A DNA stretch of 64,000 nucleotides from Alphaproteobacteria bacterium. GTDB lineage: Bacteria > Pseudomonadota > Alphaproteobacteria > UBA828. The DNA lies in the NCBI GenBank assembly GCA_963667785.2, contig CAXXMU010000006.1, positions 800,001-864,000 on the forward strand, in the 5' to 3' direction. Both the position numbers and the translations under genes were made by a program. Each line of letters starts with the position of its first letter. Positions within the stretch are counted from its first letter, which is position 1. This document shows positions 48,255 to 57,845 of the stretch, piece after piece. The notes under the pieces are model-generated. The model was not told the origin of the DNA, did no database searches, and saw nothing but the letters and a program-made list of their open reading frames with translations.

Positions 48255-49358
48255 TCAGACCAGCTCTTCGAGCGGCGTGTAGACGTCGGCGATCCCGAAA
48301 TACTTGGGGCCGAAGACCGCGAGCGCCTCAGGTGTGCGCATCACCGGCGGCACGCTGACGCCGACGATACGCACCCGCTGGCCGTACTTCAGGCCCTCGG
48401 TGGTGATGGGCTCGGCATTCTCCTGGTCGAGCACGCAGATCAGGTCCGGCACCATGGCGAGCGTGCACTCGCCCTGCAAGGCCACCAGGAACTCGTTCTG
48501 GAAGCGCACCTCAAGCTGCTCGCCTGTGCTCTCGCCGATGCCCTCGAAGATCACCCGCCCGATGGCCCAGCCGCGCGTGGTCTCGCGCAACAGGTCCACC
48601 ACCTTGCCCTCGAACAGCACGGTGCAGAAGCGCCTGTCTCGCGAGGTCTCGAAGTAGCGCGCGAGGTGCGCGAAGGGGTCGCTCTGGGTCTCGCGCGCCT
48701 CGCGGATCGAGCGGCCGATCTCCATGGCGAGCGTGGTGGTGTAGAGCACCCCGGTCTCCTTGGCCTCCTTGCCCGACATGGCGTAGAGCGCGATCTCCGA
48801 CTTGGTGCCCATGCGGGTGCACACCACCCGCGCGAACCACTCGGATTCGAGATTGCTGCGGGCGCGAACGATCACCTCGTTGTCGTGCTCGTCGCGCAGC
48901 ACGATGGGCGACGCCGGCACGCCGTAGACGCCGAAGGTGCACATCTGCAGCTCGGGGAAGGCGCGGCCCATGCCGTCGCCGTCCACCACCGGCAGCCCGG
49001 TCATGGCGCCGATCACCATGGGCAGCGTGCCGTTGATACCGCCGGCCTCGGCGGCGATCAGCGCGGTGGCCTCGCGCCCCAGCTCGCGCTCGATCGAGCG
49101 CAGGCACTTCACCATGGCGTGCGCGCTCGGGATCTTCTCCACCATCACGGTGGGCGCGCCCATGTTGGCGACCGAGACGACGAAGTCGTCGTCGTCCAGC
49201 TCCATCGGGTCCATGATGGTGATGTCGGCGCCCTCCTCCAGCTTCTGCCTGAGGATCAGCCCGCCGACGTAGGGGTCGCCGCCCCCGCCGGTACCGAGAA
49301 AGGCCGTGCCGCGCAAGAAGTCCGGCAGCAGGTCGATGTGCATCTTCATCGTTGGCAT
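48255..49358 (-). CDS. DUF917 family protein
   Basis: LGTGGGG, MGAP, EAGG.N, DGDGMGRAFPELQM, FQNEF, PDLI, TTE.LKYG. Confidence 0.88.
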   Translation of the reverse strand: MPTMKMHIDLLPDFLRGTAFLGTGGGGDPYVGGLILRQKLEEGADITIMDPMELDDDDFVVSVANMGAPTVMVEKIPSAHAMVKCLRSIERELGREATALIAAEAGGINGTLPMVIGAMTGLPVVDGDGMGRAFPELQMCTFGVYGVPASPIVLRDEHDNEVIVRARSNLESEWFARVVCTRMGTKSEIALYAMSGKEAKETGVLYTTTLAMEIGRSIREARETQSDPFAHLARYFETSRDRRFCTVLFEGKVVDLLRETTRGWAIGRVIFEGIGESTGEQLEVRFQNEFLVALQGECTLAMVPDLICVLDQENAEPITTEGLKYGQRVRIVGVSVPPVMRTPEALAVFGPKYFGIADVYTPLEELV

Positions 49359-49383
49359 GTCCTTGCTCCCGCCCCCGCGCGCC

Positions 49384-50928
49384 TCAGCCGCCGGCGAGAT
49401 CGCCCACCGCCTTGACCCTGACCCGGCAGGCGGCGCCCGGCAGGTAGGCGAGCGGGATCTCCTCGACCTCGATGATCTCGACGCTGTCGGCCTCGGCGCC
49501 GGCGTCGATCGCCTTGGCGCGGGCCTCGTCCTTGGCCTGCTGAATCGCGTTCTCGCGCCCCTCCTGCTCGTAGGAGAAGACGCGGTCGACCTCGCCGCCG
49601 ACCTGGGCGATGGCGGCGCCGATGGCGTTGGCGACCGCCGAGTGCTCGGGCACGCTCATCGTCGAGACGCCGGCGAGAGCGCGCCCGATCAGGATGCTGC
49701 CGCCGCCGACGAGGATCGCGGGCACGGGCTCCGCGCTCGTCTTCATGCGGTCGATCGCATCCTCCACCATGGCGTGGATCCTATCGAGCGCGCGTTGCAC
49801 GGCGCCGCCGTCGAGCCTGGCGACGGCGCCCCGATCACCGATATCGGCAAGCCCCGCCGCGACGGCGATATCGGTGGCGGTCAGCGTCTCGCCGCCGAAG
49901 ACGAGCGCCTTCTCGGTCAGCTCGAAGCCGACCGAATCGGGGCCGACCGTCACCGCGTCGTCGCCCCGCACCAGGCTGCCGCCGCCCAGCCCGATCGCCA
50001 GCACGTCGGGCATGCGAAAATTGGTCCGCACGCCGCCGACATCGACGGCCACGGCGGACTCCCGCGGGAAGCCCCGCGCCAGCACGCCGACATCGGTGGT
50101 GGTGCCGCCGATATCGACCACCACGGCGTTCTCTTGGTCGGAGAGGAAGGCCGCGCCCCGCATGCTGTTGGTGGGGCCCGAGGCGAAGGTCAGCACCGGA
50201 TAGCGCTCGACGTAGGCCGCGCTCATCAGGGTGCCGTCGTTCTGGCTGATGAAGAAGGGCGCATCGATGGAGAGCGCCTTCAGCGCCTCGCGGAAGGAGC
50301 CCACCACCTTGGCGGAGAGCTGGACCAAGGCGGCGTTCATCACCGCTGCGTTCTCGCGCTCGATCAGCCCGACCCGGCCGATCTCGTTCGAGAGCGTGAT
50401 CTGGGCGTCGGGGTGCTCGGCGCGGATGATCTCGGCGGCGCGGTCCTCCTGCGCGCTGTTGAGCGGCGCGAAGACCGAGGAGACCGCCACCGATTCGAGC
50501 CCCTTGGCGGCGATGTCGCGGGCAATGCCGGCGATCTCGGCCTCGTCGAGGGCCGAGATCTCGCGCCCGTCCACCTCGTAGCCGCCCTTCGCCATGTAGA
50601 CGTTGCGGCCGATCACGTCCACCAGATCGCGCGGCCAGTCGATCAGCGGATTGAGGCTCTCGGTCGCCGGCAGCGCGAGGCGCACGATGGCCACCGGCAC
50701 CAGGCGGCGGCGCTCGACGATGGCGTTGGTGAACTGGGTGGTGCCGATCATCACCCCGGTGATCGCCTCGGGTGCGGCGCCCGAGCGGGCGAGCACGCCC
50801 TCGATCGCGGCCACCACGCCGGCGCCCACGTCGGCGGTCGTCGGCGCCTTGATCGAGGCCTTGACCGCAGCGCCGTCCATCAGCACCGCATCGGTGTTCG
50901 TGCCGCCGACGTCGACACCTATCCTCAT
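49384..50928 (-). CDS. Hydantoinase/oxoprolinase N-terminal-type protein
   Basis: IGVDVGGTNTD, GTTQFTNA, SGPTNSMRGA, DIGGTTTD, ANAIGAA. Confidence 0.9.
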   Translation of the reverse strand: MRIGVDVGGTNTDAVLMDGAAVKASIKAPTTADVGAGVVAAIEGVLARSGAAPEAITGVMIGTTQFTNAIVERRRLVPVAIVRLALPATESLNPLIDWPRDLVDVIGRNVYMAKGGYEVDGREISALDEAEIAGIARDIAAKGLESVAVSSVFAPLNSAQEDRAAEIIRAEHPDAQITLSNEIGRVGLIERENAAVMNAALVQLSAKVVGSFREALKALSIDAPFFISQNDGTLMSAAYVERYPVLTFASGPTNSMRGAAFLSDQENAVVVDIGGTTTDVGVLARGFPRESAVAVDVGGVRTNFRMPDVLAIGLGGGSLVRGDDAVTVGPDSVGFELTEKALVFGGETLTATDIAVAAGLADIGDRGAVARLDGGAVQRALDRIHAMVEDAIDRMKTSAEPVPAILVGGGSILIGRALAGVSTMSVPEHSAVANAIGAAIAQVGGEVDRVFSYEQEGRENAIQQAKDEARAKAIDAGAEADSVEIIEVEEIPLAYLPGAACRVRVKAVGDLAGG

Positions 50929-51092
50929 GCCGGTCTCCTGCTATTCGAGCCGGCGCATCCTAGTCGCAGTGCGGCGCGGCTGCACGAAGGAAAGAGCGCG
51001 GCGAGGCTTCGATTGATCGGCCACCCGCGCAGACGTAGAGTCTCCGCAAGGCACCGCCGGCCGGGCGGCGTTCCAACGGGAGGGCAGCAGCG

Positions 51093-51860
51093 ATGGCGAT
51101 GGACGTGAGAGTGGTGACCCCGATCACCACCTGGGGATTTCGGGACAGCTCCGAGTTTCGCGCGCTCGAACGGCCCGACCTGACGATCAGCCATGTGGAG
51201 ATCGAGACCGGGCCGGCCTCGATCGAGTGCGAGTACGACGAGGCCCTCGCCGTGCCCGGCACGATCGCGAAGATCATCGAGGCCGAGCGGGACGGCTGCG
51301 ACGCGGTGGTGATCGACTGCATGGGCGATCCCGGCATGCTGCCGGGCCGCGAGTGCGTCTCGATCCCGGTGATCGGGCCCTGCGAGGCGGCGATGCACGT
51401 GGCCTCCATGCTCGGGCACACCTTCAGCGTGGTCACGGTGCTGAAGCGACTGCGCCCGCAGTTCGAGCACCAAGCGCAGATCTACGGCGTGCGCGAGAAG
51501 CTCGCCTCGGTCCGCTCCGTCTCGATCCCGGTGCTGGAGCTCGAGCAGGATCTCGACCGCACCAAGGCGGCGCTCGCCGAGGAGGCGGTGAAGGCGGTCG
51601 AGGAGGACGGCGCCGATGCGATCATCTTCGGCTGCACCGGCATGCTCGGCTGCGCCGAGGCGGTGCGCCGCGGCCTGCTCGCCAGGGGCTACGACGTGCC
51701 GGTGGTCGATCCGGTCCCGTGGGCGGTCAAGCTCGCGGCGAGCCTGGTCGACGCCCGCCTCAGCCACAGCAAGATCACCTACGAGCGGCCGCCGGCGAAG
51801 CCCGTGGTCGGCTACGAGATTCCGCCGCTGACGAGCCTCGCCCGCGACGCGGCCGAATAG
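51093..51860 (+). CDS. Asp/Glu/hydantoin racemase family protein
   Basis: GPASIE and two catalytic Cys motifs, IDCMGDPG and FGCTG. Confidence 0.88.
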   Translation: MAMDVRVVTPITTWGFRDSSEFRALERPDLTISHVEIETGPASIECEYDEALAVPGTIAKIIEAERDGCDAVVIDCMGDPGMLPGRECVSIPVIGPCEAAMHVASMLGHTFSVVTVLKRLRPQFEHQAQIYGVREKLASVRSVSIPVLELEQDLDRTKAALAEEAVKAVEEDGADAIIFGCTGMLGCAEAVRRGLLARGYDVPVVDPVPWAVKLAASLVDARLSHSKITYERPPAKPVVGYEIPPLTSLARDAAE

Positions 51861-52035
51861 GAGCGAGTCCGTCTCCGACGGACACGCGACAGGCCGCGAC
51901 TGCGGCCCGCCGCTTATGCGGCGCGCCCGCATCGTGCGCTCCGCGCGTGTGGACGCGCGACGGCGCCGGCCGCAGGCCGGCTGCCGTGAGCGACAAAGGG
52001 CTGGAGCGTATCCGTCTTATACGGGTGCGCTCTAG
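51857..52035 (+). repeat. Intergenic multi-hairpin repeat, copy 4 (complete)
   Basis: TAGGAGCGAGTCCGTCTCCGACGGACACGCGACAGGCCGCGACTGCGGCCCGCCGCTTATGCGGCG..GCCGGCTGCCGTGAGCGACAAAG..GAGCGTATCCGTCTTATACGGGTGCGCTCTAG. Confidence 0.9.
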
Positions 52036-53147
52036 CCGACCCGGTAGTCGCGGATCACGTCCGGGTCGGGCTCGGCGCCGAGGCCGGGGCCGGTGGGGAT
52101 GCGGAAGAGGCCGTCCCGCTCGGGCGAGACGAAGCCCGGATAGAGTGTCGCCTCCAGGCGCGTGTAGAAGCGCTCGACCCAGCCCCCGCCGGGCCGGCCG
52201 GCAAGCGGCGTCGCCGCCAGCAGCTGCAGCGTGGCGAGCCAGCCGGGGCCGAAGTAGGGCGAGTGCGGCATCACCGTCACGTTGCAGCCCTCGGCCAGCG
52301 CGAGCACCTTGAGGAACTCGGTGACGCCGCCCACCTTGGTCACGCTCGGCTGCACGTAGCGCACCGCACCCGCCTCCAGCATGCGCCGGAACTCGAAGGC
52401 GGTGCACGCGTTCTCGCCGCAGGCGAGGTCGATCCCGGACTCCGCCTGCAGCCGCGCCAGCGCCGCATAGTCCTCCGGCGGGAAGATGGGCTCTTCCAGC
52501 CAGTGGAGGTCGTAAGCGCTGAGCCGGGCGGCCATGGCGCGCGCCTCGGCCGGCGTCCAGGGGCAGTTCGTGTCGGTGCACAGCGGCACGCCGGCCCCCG
52601 TCGCCTCGCGCGCCGCCGCGATCTCGGGCTCGCCCGTCTCGTGGAGCTTGATGGCGGGATAGCCTTCGTCGAGGGCCGCGCGCACGGTCTGCGCGACCAG
52701 CTCCCGGTCGCGGTACTTGAGCAGGCTGGCGTAGCCCGGAACGAGAGGCGGCGCGGCCGGCCCGCCGAGGAGCTGCGCGAGCGGCAGCCCCGCCCTCTTG
52801 CCCGCGAGATCCCAGAGCGCGATGTCGATGGCGGAGATGCCGAACATGGTGATGCCGTAGCGGCCGAAGAGATGCAGTGCCTGCTGCATCTCCCGGTTGA
52901 GCGCCGCGATGTCCGAGACGTCGCGCCCGATCAGGATGGGCGCCACCGTCGCATCGACGACCGCCTGCACCGCCGGCATGCAGTTGTAGCTGAAGGCCTC
53001 CCCCCAGCCGACGGCGCCGTCCCCGGTCTCGACGCGCACCAGCAGGATGTTGAGCGCCGCCCAGGCCTGCCCGCCCCAGGCCGGCGGCGGCCCGCCATGC
53101 TCGTGCGGGATGGCAAGCGGGATGGTGTCGATGCGGGCGATCTTCAT
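52032..53147 (-). CDS. Mandelate racemase/muconate lactonizing enzyme family (enolase superfamily)
   Basis: GWGE, IDIALWDLAGK, KLH, DTN, WLEEP, GEN, PH. Start ATG 53147. Confidence 0.9.
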   Translation of the reverse strand: MKIARIDTIPLAIPHEHGGPPPAWGGQAWAALNILLVRVETGDGAVGWGEAFSYNCMPAVQAVVDATVAPILIGRDVSDIAALNREMQQALHLFGRYGITMFGISAIDIALWDLAGKRAGLPLAQLLGGPAAPPLVPGYASLLKYRDRELVAQTVRAALDEGYPAIKLHETGEPEIAAAREATGAGVPLCTDTNCPWTPAEARAMAARLSAYDLHWLEEPIFPPEDYAALARLQAESGIDLACGENACTAFEFRRMLEAGAVRYVQPSVTKVGGVTEFLKVLALAEGCNVTVMPHSPYFGPGWLATLQLLAATPLAGRPGGGWVERFYTRLEATLYPGFVSPERDGLFRIPTGPGLGAEPDPDVIRDYRVG

Positions 53148-53181
53148 GGCTCCCTTCCTGGCGTGAACTCCCGCATGCCGC

Positions 53182-53898
53182 TCAGGGGAGATCGCCGACC
53201 AGGTCGCGGATATGGCCGGGCGGTGGCGGCGGCAGCGCGATCCCGAAGCGGCGCTTGAGCGCATCGGCGATGAGCTCGAAGCAGGCGCCGTAGCGCACGA
53301 CCTCGAAGGTCTGCAGGTCGAGCAGGGTCGATGAGGCCCGGTAGAGATGATAGAGGCGGAGCCCGTGGTCGATGACGATGTCGGCGATGGCGATCAGCTC
53401 CGGCTCGATGTCTTCCGTGCGGAACTTCGTACCCGAGAGCGAGAGGTTCGCCGACGAGCCGAACAGCGGGTGCAGGGCCTCGCGGCTGAGCCGGGTGATC
53501 GCCGCGTGGAAGGGGCCGGCGTTGACCAGCATCAGCACTGTGCCGGCGCTGGTCGAGGCCGCGAGCGCCTCGGGCTCCATACCCCGCAGGATCGGGTGGT
53601 CCATGCGCGCCGGTGCGATCGCGCCGAGCGGCAGGTCGTAGTCCTCGATCAGGGTGCTGGCCACGTCCCACCCCTTCTGATCGAGGACGTGCAGCTCGCG
53701 ATGGAGCGCGAGATCGCCCAGCATCGCGTTCAGCTTGGAGGGCGCGCGTCGCTTGGTCTCGAAGATCGTCTTCAGCGCCGCGGCCGAGCCGCCGATCGCG
53801 GAATAGCCGACGCTCATGGGCAGGATGGCGATGCCGCCCTGCCGCAGGACGGCGAAGGCGCGCGCGGCGTCGCGCTCGACATCCGGCCTGCCCTTCAC
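53182..53898 (-). CDS. Divergent YrdC/Sua5/TsaC-fold protein
   Basis: LRQGGIAILP..GY, IFETKRR..K, SSANLS, SSTLLD..R.G. GTG 53898 follows GGGAG. Confidence 0.75.
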   Translation of the reverse strand: MKGRPDVERDAARAFAVLRQGGIAILPMSVGYSAIGGSAAALKTIFETKRRAPSKLNAMLGDLALHRELHVLDQKGWDVASTLIEDYDLPLGAIAPARMDHPILRGMEPEALAASTSAGTVLMLVNAGPFHAAITRLSREALHPLFGSSANLSLSGTKFRTEDIEPELIAIADIVIDHGLRLYHLYRASSTLLDLQTFEVVRYGACFELIADALKRRFGIALPPPPPGHIRDLVGDLP

Positions 53899-53965
53899 GT
53901 CCGGCGCTCCCGTCCTCTGCGGGTCGCGTCCGTCGGGCGACGGCCCCGGGCCTGCGGGTGCCGCG

Positions 53966-56269
53966 TCAATCGGCCGCTGCCGCCCCTGCGCCCGCCCCCT
54001 CCACCGCCCGGGTCTGGGCCTCGACCGTGGCAAGCGCCGTCATGTTGAGGACGCCGCGGGTGGTGGCGGAGCCGTGGAGAACGTAGGCGGGCGCCGCGAG
54101 CCCGAGCAGGATGGGGCCGACGGAGATGCCGTCGGAGAGCACCTTGACCATGTTGTAGGCGATGTTGGCGGACGTCACGTCGGGCAGCACCAGCGTGTTC
54201 GCCTGGCCCGTGAGGCGGGAGTCCGGAAACATCTCCGCGCGCACGCTCTCGTCGAGCGCAGTGTCCGCGAGCATCTCGCCCTCGGCCTCGAGATGGGGCG
54301 CGCGCCGGTGCAGAAGCTGCAGCGCCTCGCGCATCTTCAGCGAGGAGGCGAAGTCGTTGCTGCCGAAATTGGAGCCCGACAGCAGCGCGATCTTCGGCGT
54401 CATGCCGAAGCGGCGTACCTGCTCGGCCGCCAGCACGGCGGTCTGGCAGACCTGCTCCGCGTCGGGGCTCTCCGCGACATCGGTATCGGCGATGAAGAAG
54501 ATGCCCTTGGAGAGGATCAGCACCTCCAGCGCTGCTGCCGAGGCAACGCCCTCCCTGAGGCCGATCACGTCGAGAATGTGCCGCAGCTCCGGCTGGAACA
54601 GCGTGGCGGGGCCGGCGATGAGCGCATCGGCATGGCCGCAGCGCACCATCATGGCGCCGATCGCCGTCGTGGCCGTGCGCAGGATCATGCGCGCCGTGTT
54701 CGGCGACGCGCCGCGCCGGCCCATCAGCTCGTGGTAGTTGCGCGCATAGGCGTCGTAGTGCTCGTAGCTGGCGGGGTCGATCACGTCCACGGTCTCGCCG
54801 ACCTTTAGCCTGAGCGAGAGCCGCTCGATCTTCTCCTCGATGCGGAACGGCCGGCCGATCAGGATCGGGCGGGCGATATCCTCGTCGATCGCCTGCTGCA
54901 CCGCGCGCAGCACGCCGTCGTTCTCGCCGGCCGCATAGACGACCCGCTTCGGCTCCCTCTTGGCCTGATCGAACACGACCTTCATCAGGTAGCCGGTGCG
55001 GAAGACGAGGCCCGAGAGCTGGTGACGGTACGCCTCAAGATCGGCGATCGGGCGGCTCGCCACGCCGCTCTCCATGGCGGCCTCAGCGACCGCGACCGGC
55101 ACGGTCGATATGAGCCGCGGATCGAAGGGCTTCGGAATGATGTAGGAAGGGCCGAACGCGAGCGACTGATCGCCATAGGCGGCGGCCACGACATCCGACG
55201 ATTCGGCCATGGCGAGGTCGGCGATCGCGCGCACGCAGGCGAGCTTCATCGCCGTGTTGATCTCGGTCGCCCCGCAATCGAGCGCGCCACGGAAGATGAA
55301 GGGGAAGCAGAGGACGTTGTTGACCTGGTTCGGATAGTCCGAGCGCCCGGTGGCGATGATCGCGTCCGGGCGCACGGCGAGCGCGTCCTCGGGCATGATC
55401 TCCGGCGTCGGGTTGGCGAGCGCCAGGATGATGGGCCGGGGCGCCATCTTGCTCACCATGGCAGGCGTCATCGTGCCGGGGCCGGAGAGGCCGAGAAAGA
55501 TGTCGGCGCCCTCGATCACCTCGTCCAGGGTGCTGGCGTCGGTGTCCAGCGCGTAGCGCCGCTTCTGCTCGTTGAGATCCTCGCGGGCGGTGCGCAGCAC
55601 CCCCTTCCTGTCGCACACCGCCATGCTGCCCTGCGGGATGCCGAGCGCCGCCAGCAGGTCGAGGCAGGCCATCGCCGCGGCGCCGGCGCCGGAGCAGACC
55701 AGCCGCACGTCCTGCATGCTCTTGCCCACGACCCGGAGCGCGTTGAGCGCCGCCGCGGCGACGCATATGGCGGTGCCGTGCTGATCGTCGTGAAAGACGG
55801 GGATGTTGAGGCGTTCCCGGAGGCGCCGCTCGACCTCGAAGCACTCCGGCGCCTTGATGTCCTCGAGATTGATCGCGCCGAACGTGGGCTCGAGACGGGC
55901 GATCGTCTCCACCAGCGCGTCGACGCCCGCTTCGTCGATCTCCAGGTCGAACACGTCGATGTTGGCGAACTTCTTGAAGAGGACGGCCTTGCCCTCCATC
56001 ACCGGCTTGGACGCGAGCGCGCCGATGGCGCCGAGACCGAGCACGGCGCTGCCGTTGCTGATGACCGCCACGAGGTTGGCCCGGGCGGTGTAGTCCCAGG
56101 CGCATGCCGCGTTCTTCTCGATCTCCTCGCACGCCGCCGCCACGCCGGGGCTGTAGGCGAGCGACAGGTCCCGCTGTGTCGCCATGCGCTTGGTCGCATG
56201 GATGCCGAGCTTCCCGGGCTTCGGCGAGCGGTGGTACTCGAGTGCCGCCTGACGCAGGTCTTCCGCCAT
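53966..56269 (-). CDS. maeB: Malic enzyme with phosphotransacetylase-like domain
   Basis: [35 protein letters not shown] and a C-terminal PTA domain. Confidence 0.92.
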   Translation of the reverse strand: MAEDLRQAALEYHRSPKPGKLGIHATKRMATQRDLSLAYSPGVAAACEEIEKNAACAWDYTARANLVAVISNGSAVLGLGAIGALASKPVMEGKAVLFKKFANIDVFDLEIDEAGVDALVETIARLEPTFGAINLEDIKAPECFEVERRLRERLNIPVFHDDQHGTAICVAAAALNALRVVGKSMQDVRLVCSGAGAAAMACLDLLAALGIPQGSMAVCDRKGVLRTAREDLNEQKRRYALDTDASTLDEVIEGADIFLGLSGPGTMTPAMVSKMAPRPIILALANPTPEIMPEDALAVRPDAIIATGRSDYPNQVNNVLCFPFIFRGALDCGATEINTAMKLACVRAIADLAMAESSDVVAAAYGDQSLAFGPSYIIPKPFDPRLISTVPVAVAEAAMESGVASRPIADLEAYRHQLSGLVFRTGYLMKVVFDQAKREPKRVVYAAGENDGVLRAVQQAIDEDIARPILIGRPFRIEEKIERLSLRLKVGETVDVIDPASYEHYDAYARNYHELMGRRGASPNTARMILRTATTAIGAMMVRCGHADALIAGPATLFQPELRHILDVIGLREGVASAAALEVLILSKGIFFIADTDVAESPDAEQVCQTAVLAAEQVRRFGMTPKIALLSGSNFGSNDFASSLKMREALQLLHRRAPHLEAEGEMLADTALDESVRAEMFPDSRLTGQANTLVLPDVTSANIAYNMVKVLSDGISVGPILLGLAAPAYVLHGSATTRGVLNMTALATVEAQTRAVEGAGAGAAAAD

Positions 56270-56518
56270 GACGTGTCCGCGCTCCCCGTTCGAGGTCCGT
56301 CGCGTGCGTCGACAGTGCAGCAATACCGCCCCGGCAGTCAACGCGACGGCGCTCTCAGGCGCTTGAGCGGGCGGGCTTTTCCGCAATGAACGCCGCGTTG
56401 CACCGGGCGCGGCCCTTGCACCGGCCCCCTGAAGATGGCGATACCGGGGGCATGACGACGAAAGGGACCGGCACGAGCGTCACGGCGGCAGGCACCGCCG
56501 GCTGATGGAGCGACACCG

Positions 56519-57739
56519 GTGATCGCGCAGGCCATAGCGCGCCGGCCGCCGGCGCTGATCGCGGTGATGTGCCTGGCCGAGGTCCTGGCGATGACCGGCT
56601 TCGCCACCTACTGGTCGCTGCTGCCGGTGCTGCAGCCCGAGTGGCACATGAGAAACGCCCTAGCCGGCTGGCTCTCGGGCGCGTTCTTCGGCGGCTACGT
56701 CCTCGCGGTCCCCTTCCTCACCGCGATGACCGACCGGGTCGATGCCCGCCATGTCGTCATCCTGGGCGCGCTGCTCTCCGCCGGAGGCCTGGCGGGGCTG
56801 GCATTCCTGGCGACGGACTTCTGGTCCGCCCTGCCGTGGCGCGTGATCGCCGGCGCCGGCCTCGCCGGCACCTACATGCCGGGCCTCAAGGTGCTCACCG
56901 ACCGCCTGCCGGAGGCGCGACAGGCGCGCGCGGTGGCCTTCTACACCGCCTCCTTCAGTATCGGCACCGCGGTCTCCTACGCGCTCGCGGGCGGCGCGCT
57001 GGCGTGGTTCGGATGGCGCGGCGCCTTTCTGCTGACCGCCGCCGGGCCCGTCCTCGCCGTCCTCGCGCTGGCGGCGCTGGCCGCCCCGAAGGAGCCGGAA
57101 GCGGCCGCCGAGGAGCGCAGGCACGTGCTCGATTTCCGCCCGGTGCTGCGCTCGCGCGAAACCATGGGCTACGTCCTCGCCTATGCCGGCCACGGGGCCG
57201 AGCTCTTCGCCATGCGCTCCTGGATCGTGCCGTTCCTCGTGTTCTGCCTGGGGAGCGGTGGCACGTTCGAGCTCGACGCCACGCTCTTCGCCACCGCGAT
57301 CTCGCTCGTCGCGGTGGTCTCCAGCATCGGCGGCGCGGAGCTCGCGCTCCGCATCGGCCGCGTGCGCCTGATCACCTGGGCGATGCTGACGACCTTTGCG
57401 ATCAGCGTCGCCGTGGGCTTCTCCTCGCCGCTTCCCTTCGCCGCGGTGGTGGTCCTGTGCCTGGTCTACTCCGCCGCGATCCAGGCGGATTCGGCGGCGC
57501 TCACCGCAGGCGCCGTCGCCGCGTCGCCGACGGGCCATCGCGGCGCGACGCTGGCGGTGCACTCGACACTCGGGTTCGGCGGCTCGCTGTTCGCGCCGGC
57601 GCTGGTGGGCGTGGTGCTCGATCTCGCCGCGCCGCTGGGGGGGATGACCGCGTGGGGACTCGCCTTCCTCGCCATGGGGTCGATGGCGCTGCTGGGCTAC
57701 GTCCTCTTCATGCTCGTGCGCCGGCGCCGGACGCGCTGA
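56519..57739 (+). CDS. MFS transporter
   Basis: About 12 hydrophobic segments; TDRVDAR loop motif; YMPGLK. Confidence 0.88.
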   Translation: MIAQAIARRPPALIAVMCLAEVLAMTGFATYWSLLPVLQPEWHMRNALAGWLSGAFFGGYVLAVPFLTAMTDRVDARHVVILGALLSAGGLAGLAFLATDFWSALPWRVIAGAGLAGTYMPGLKVLTDRLPEARQARAVAFYTASFSIGTAVSYALAGGALAWFGWRGAFLLTAAGPVLAVLALAALAAPKEPEAAAEERRHVLDFRPVLRSRETMGYVLAYAGHGAELFAMRSWIVPFLVFCLGSGGTFELDATLFATAISLVAVVSSIGGAELALRIGRVRLITWAMLTTFAISVAVGFSSPLPFAAVVVLCLVYSAAIQADSAALTAGAVAASPTGHRGATLAVHSTLGFGGSLFAPALVGVVLDLAAPLGGMTAWGLAFLAMGSMALLGYVLFMLVRRRRTR

Positions 57740-57845
57740 TCGGCCCCGCAGCCGCAGGAATGCGAGACAGCATCCCCATTCCGTGCAGCAGCGCGTAGGA
57801 TGCGACCGTGAGTCGACGGCGCAGCCTCTCAGGAGACACCCGGCC

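Noticed and set aside
5611-52035. The repeat family as a CRISPR array or autonomous IS
   Set aside because: The copies are dispersed, not regularly spaced with unique spacers. No cas or transposase gene is present and the elements have no credible ORF.
56405-56420. Sigma54-like GG-N10-GC motif upstream of the MFS gene
   Set aside because: Two mismatches to TGGCACG, likely by chance at this GC content, and no enhancer-binding protein nearby.
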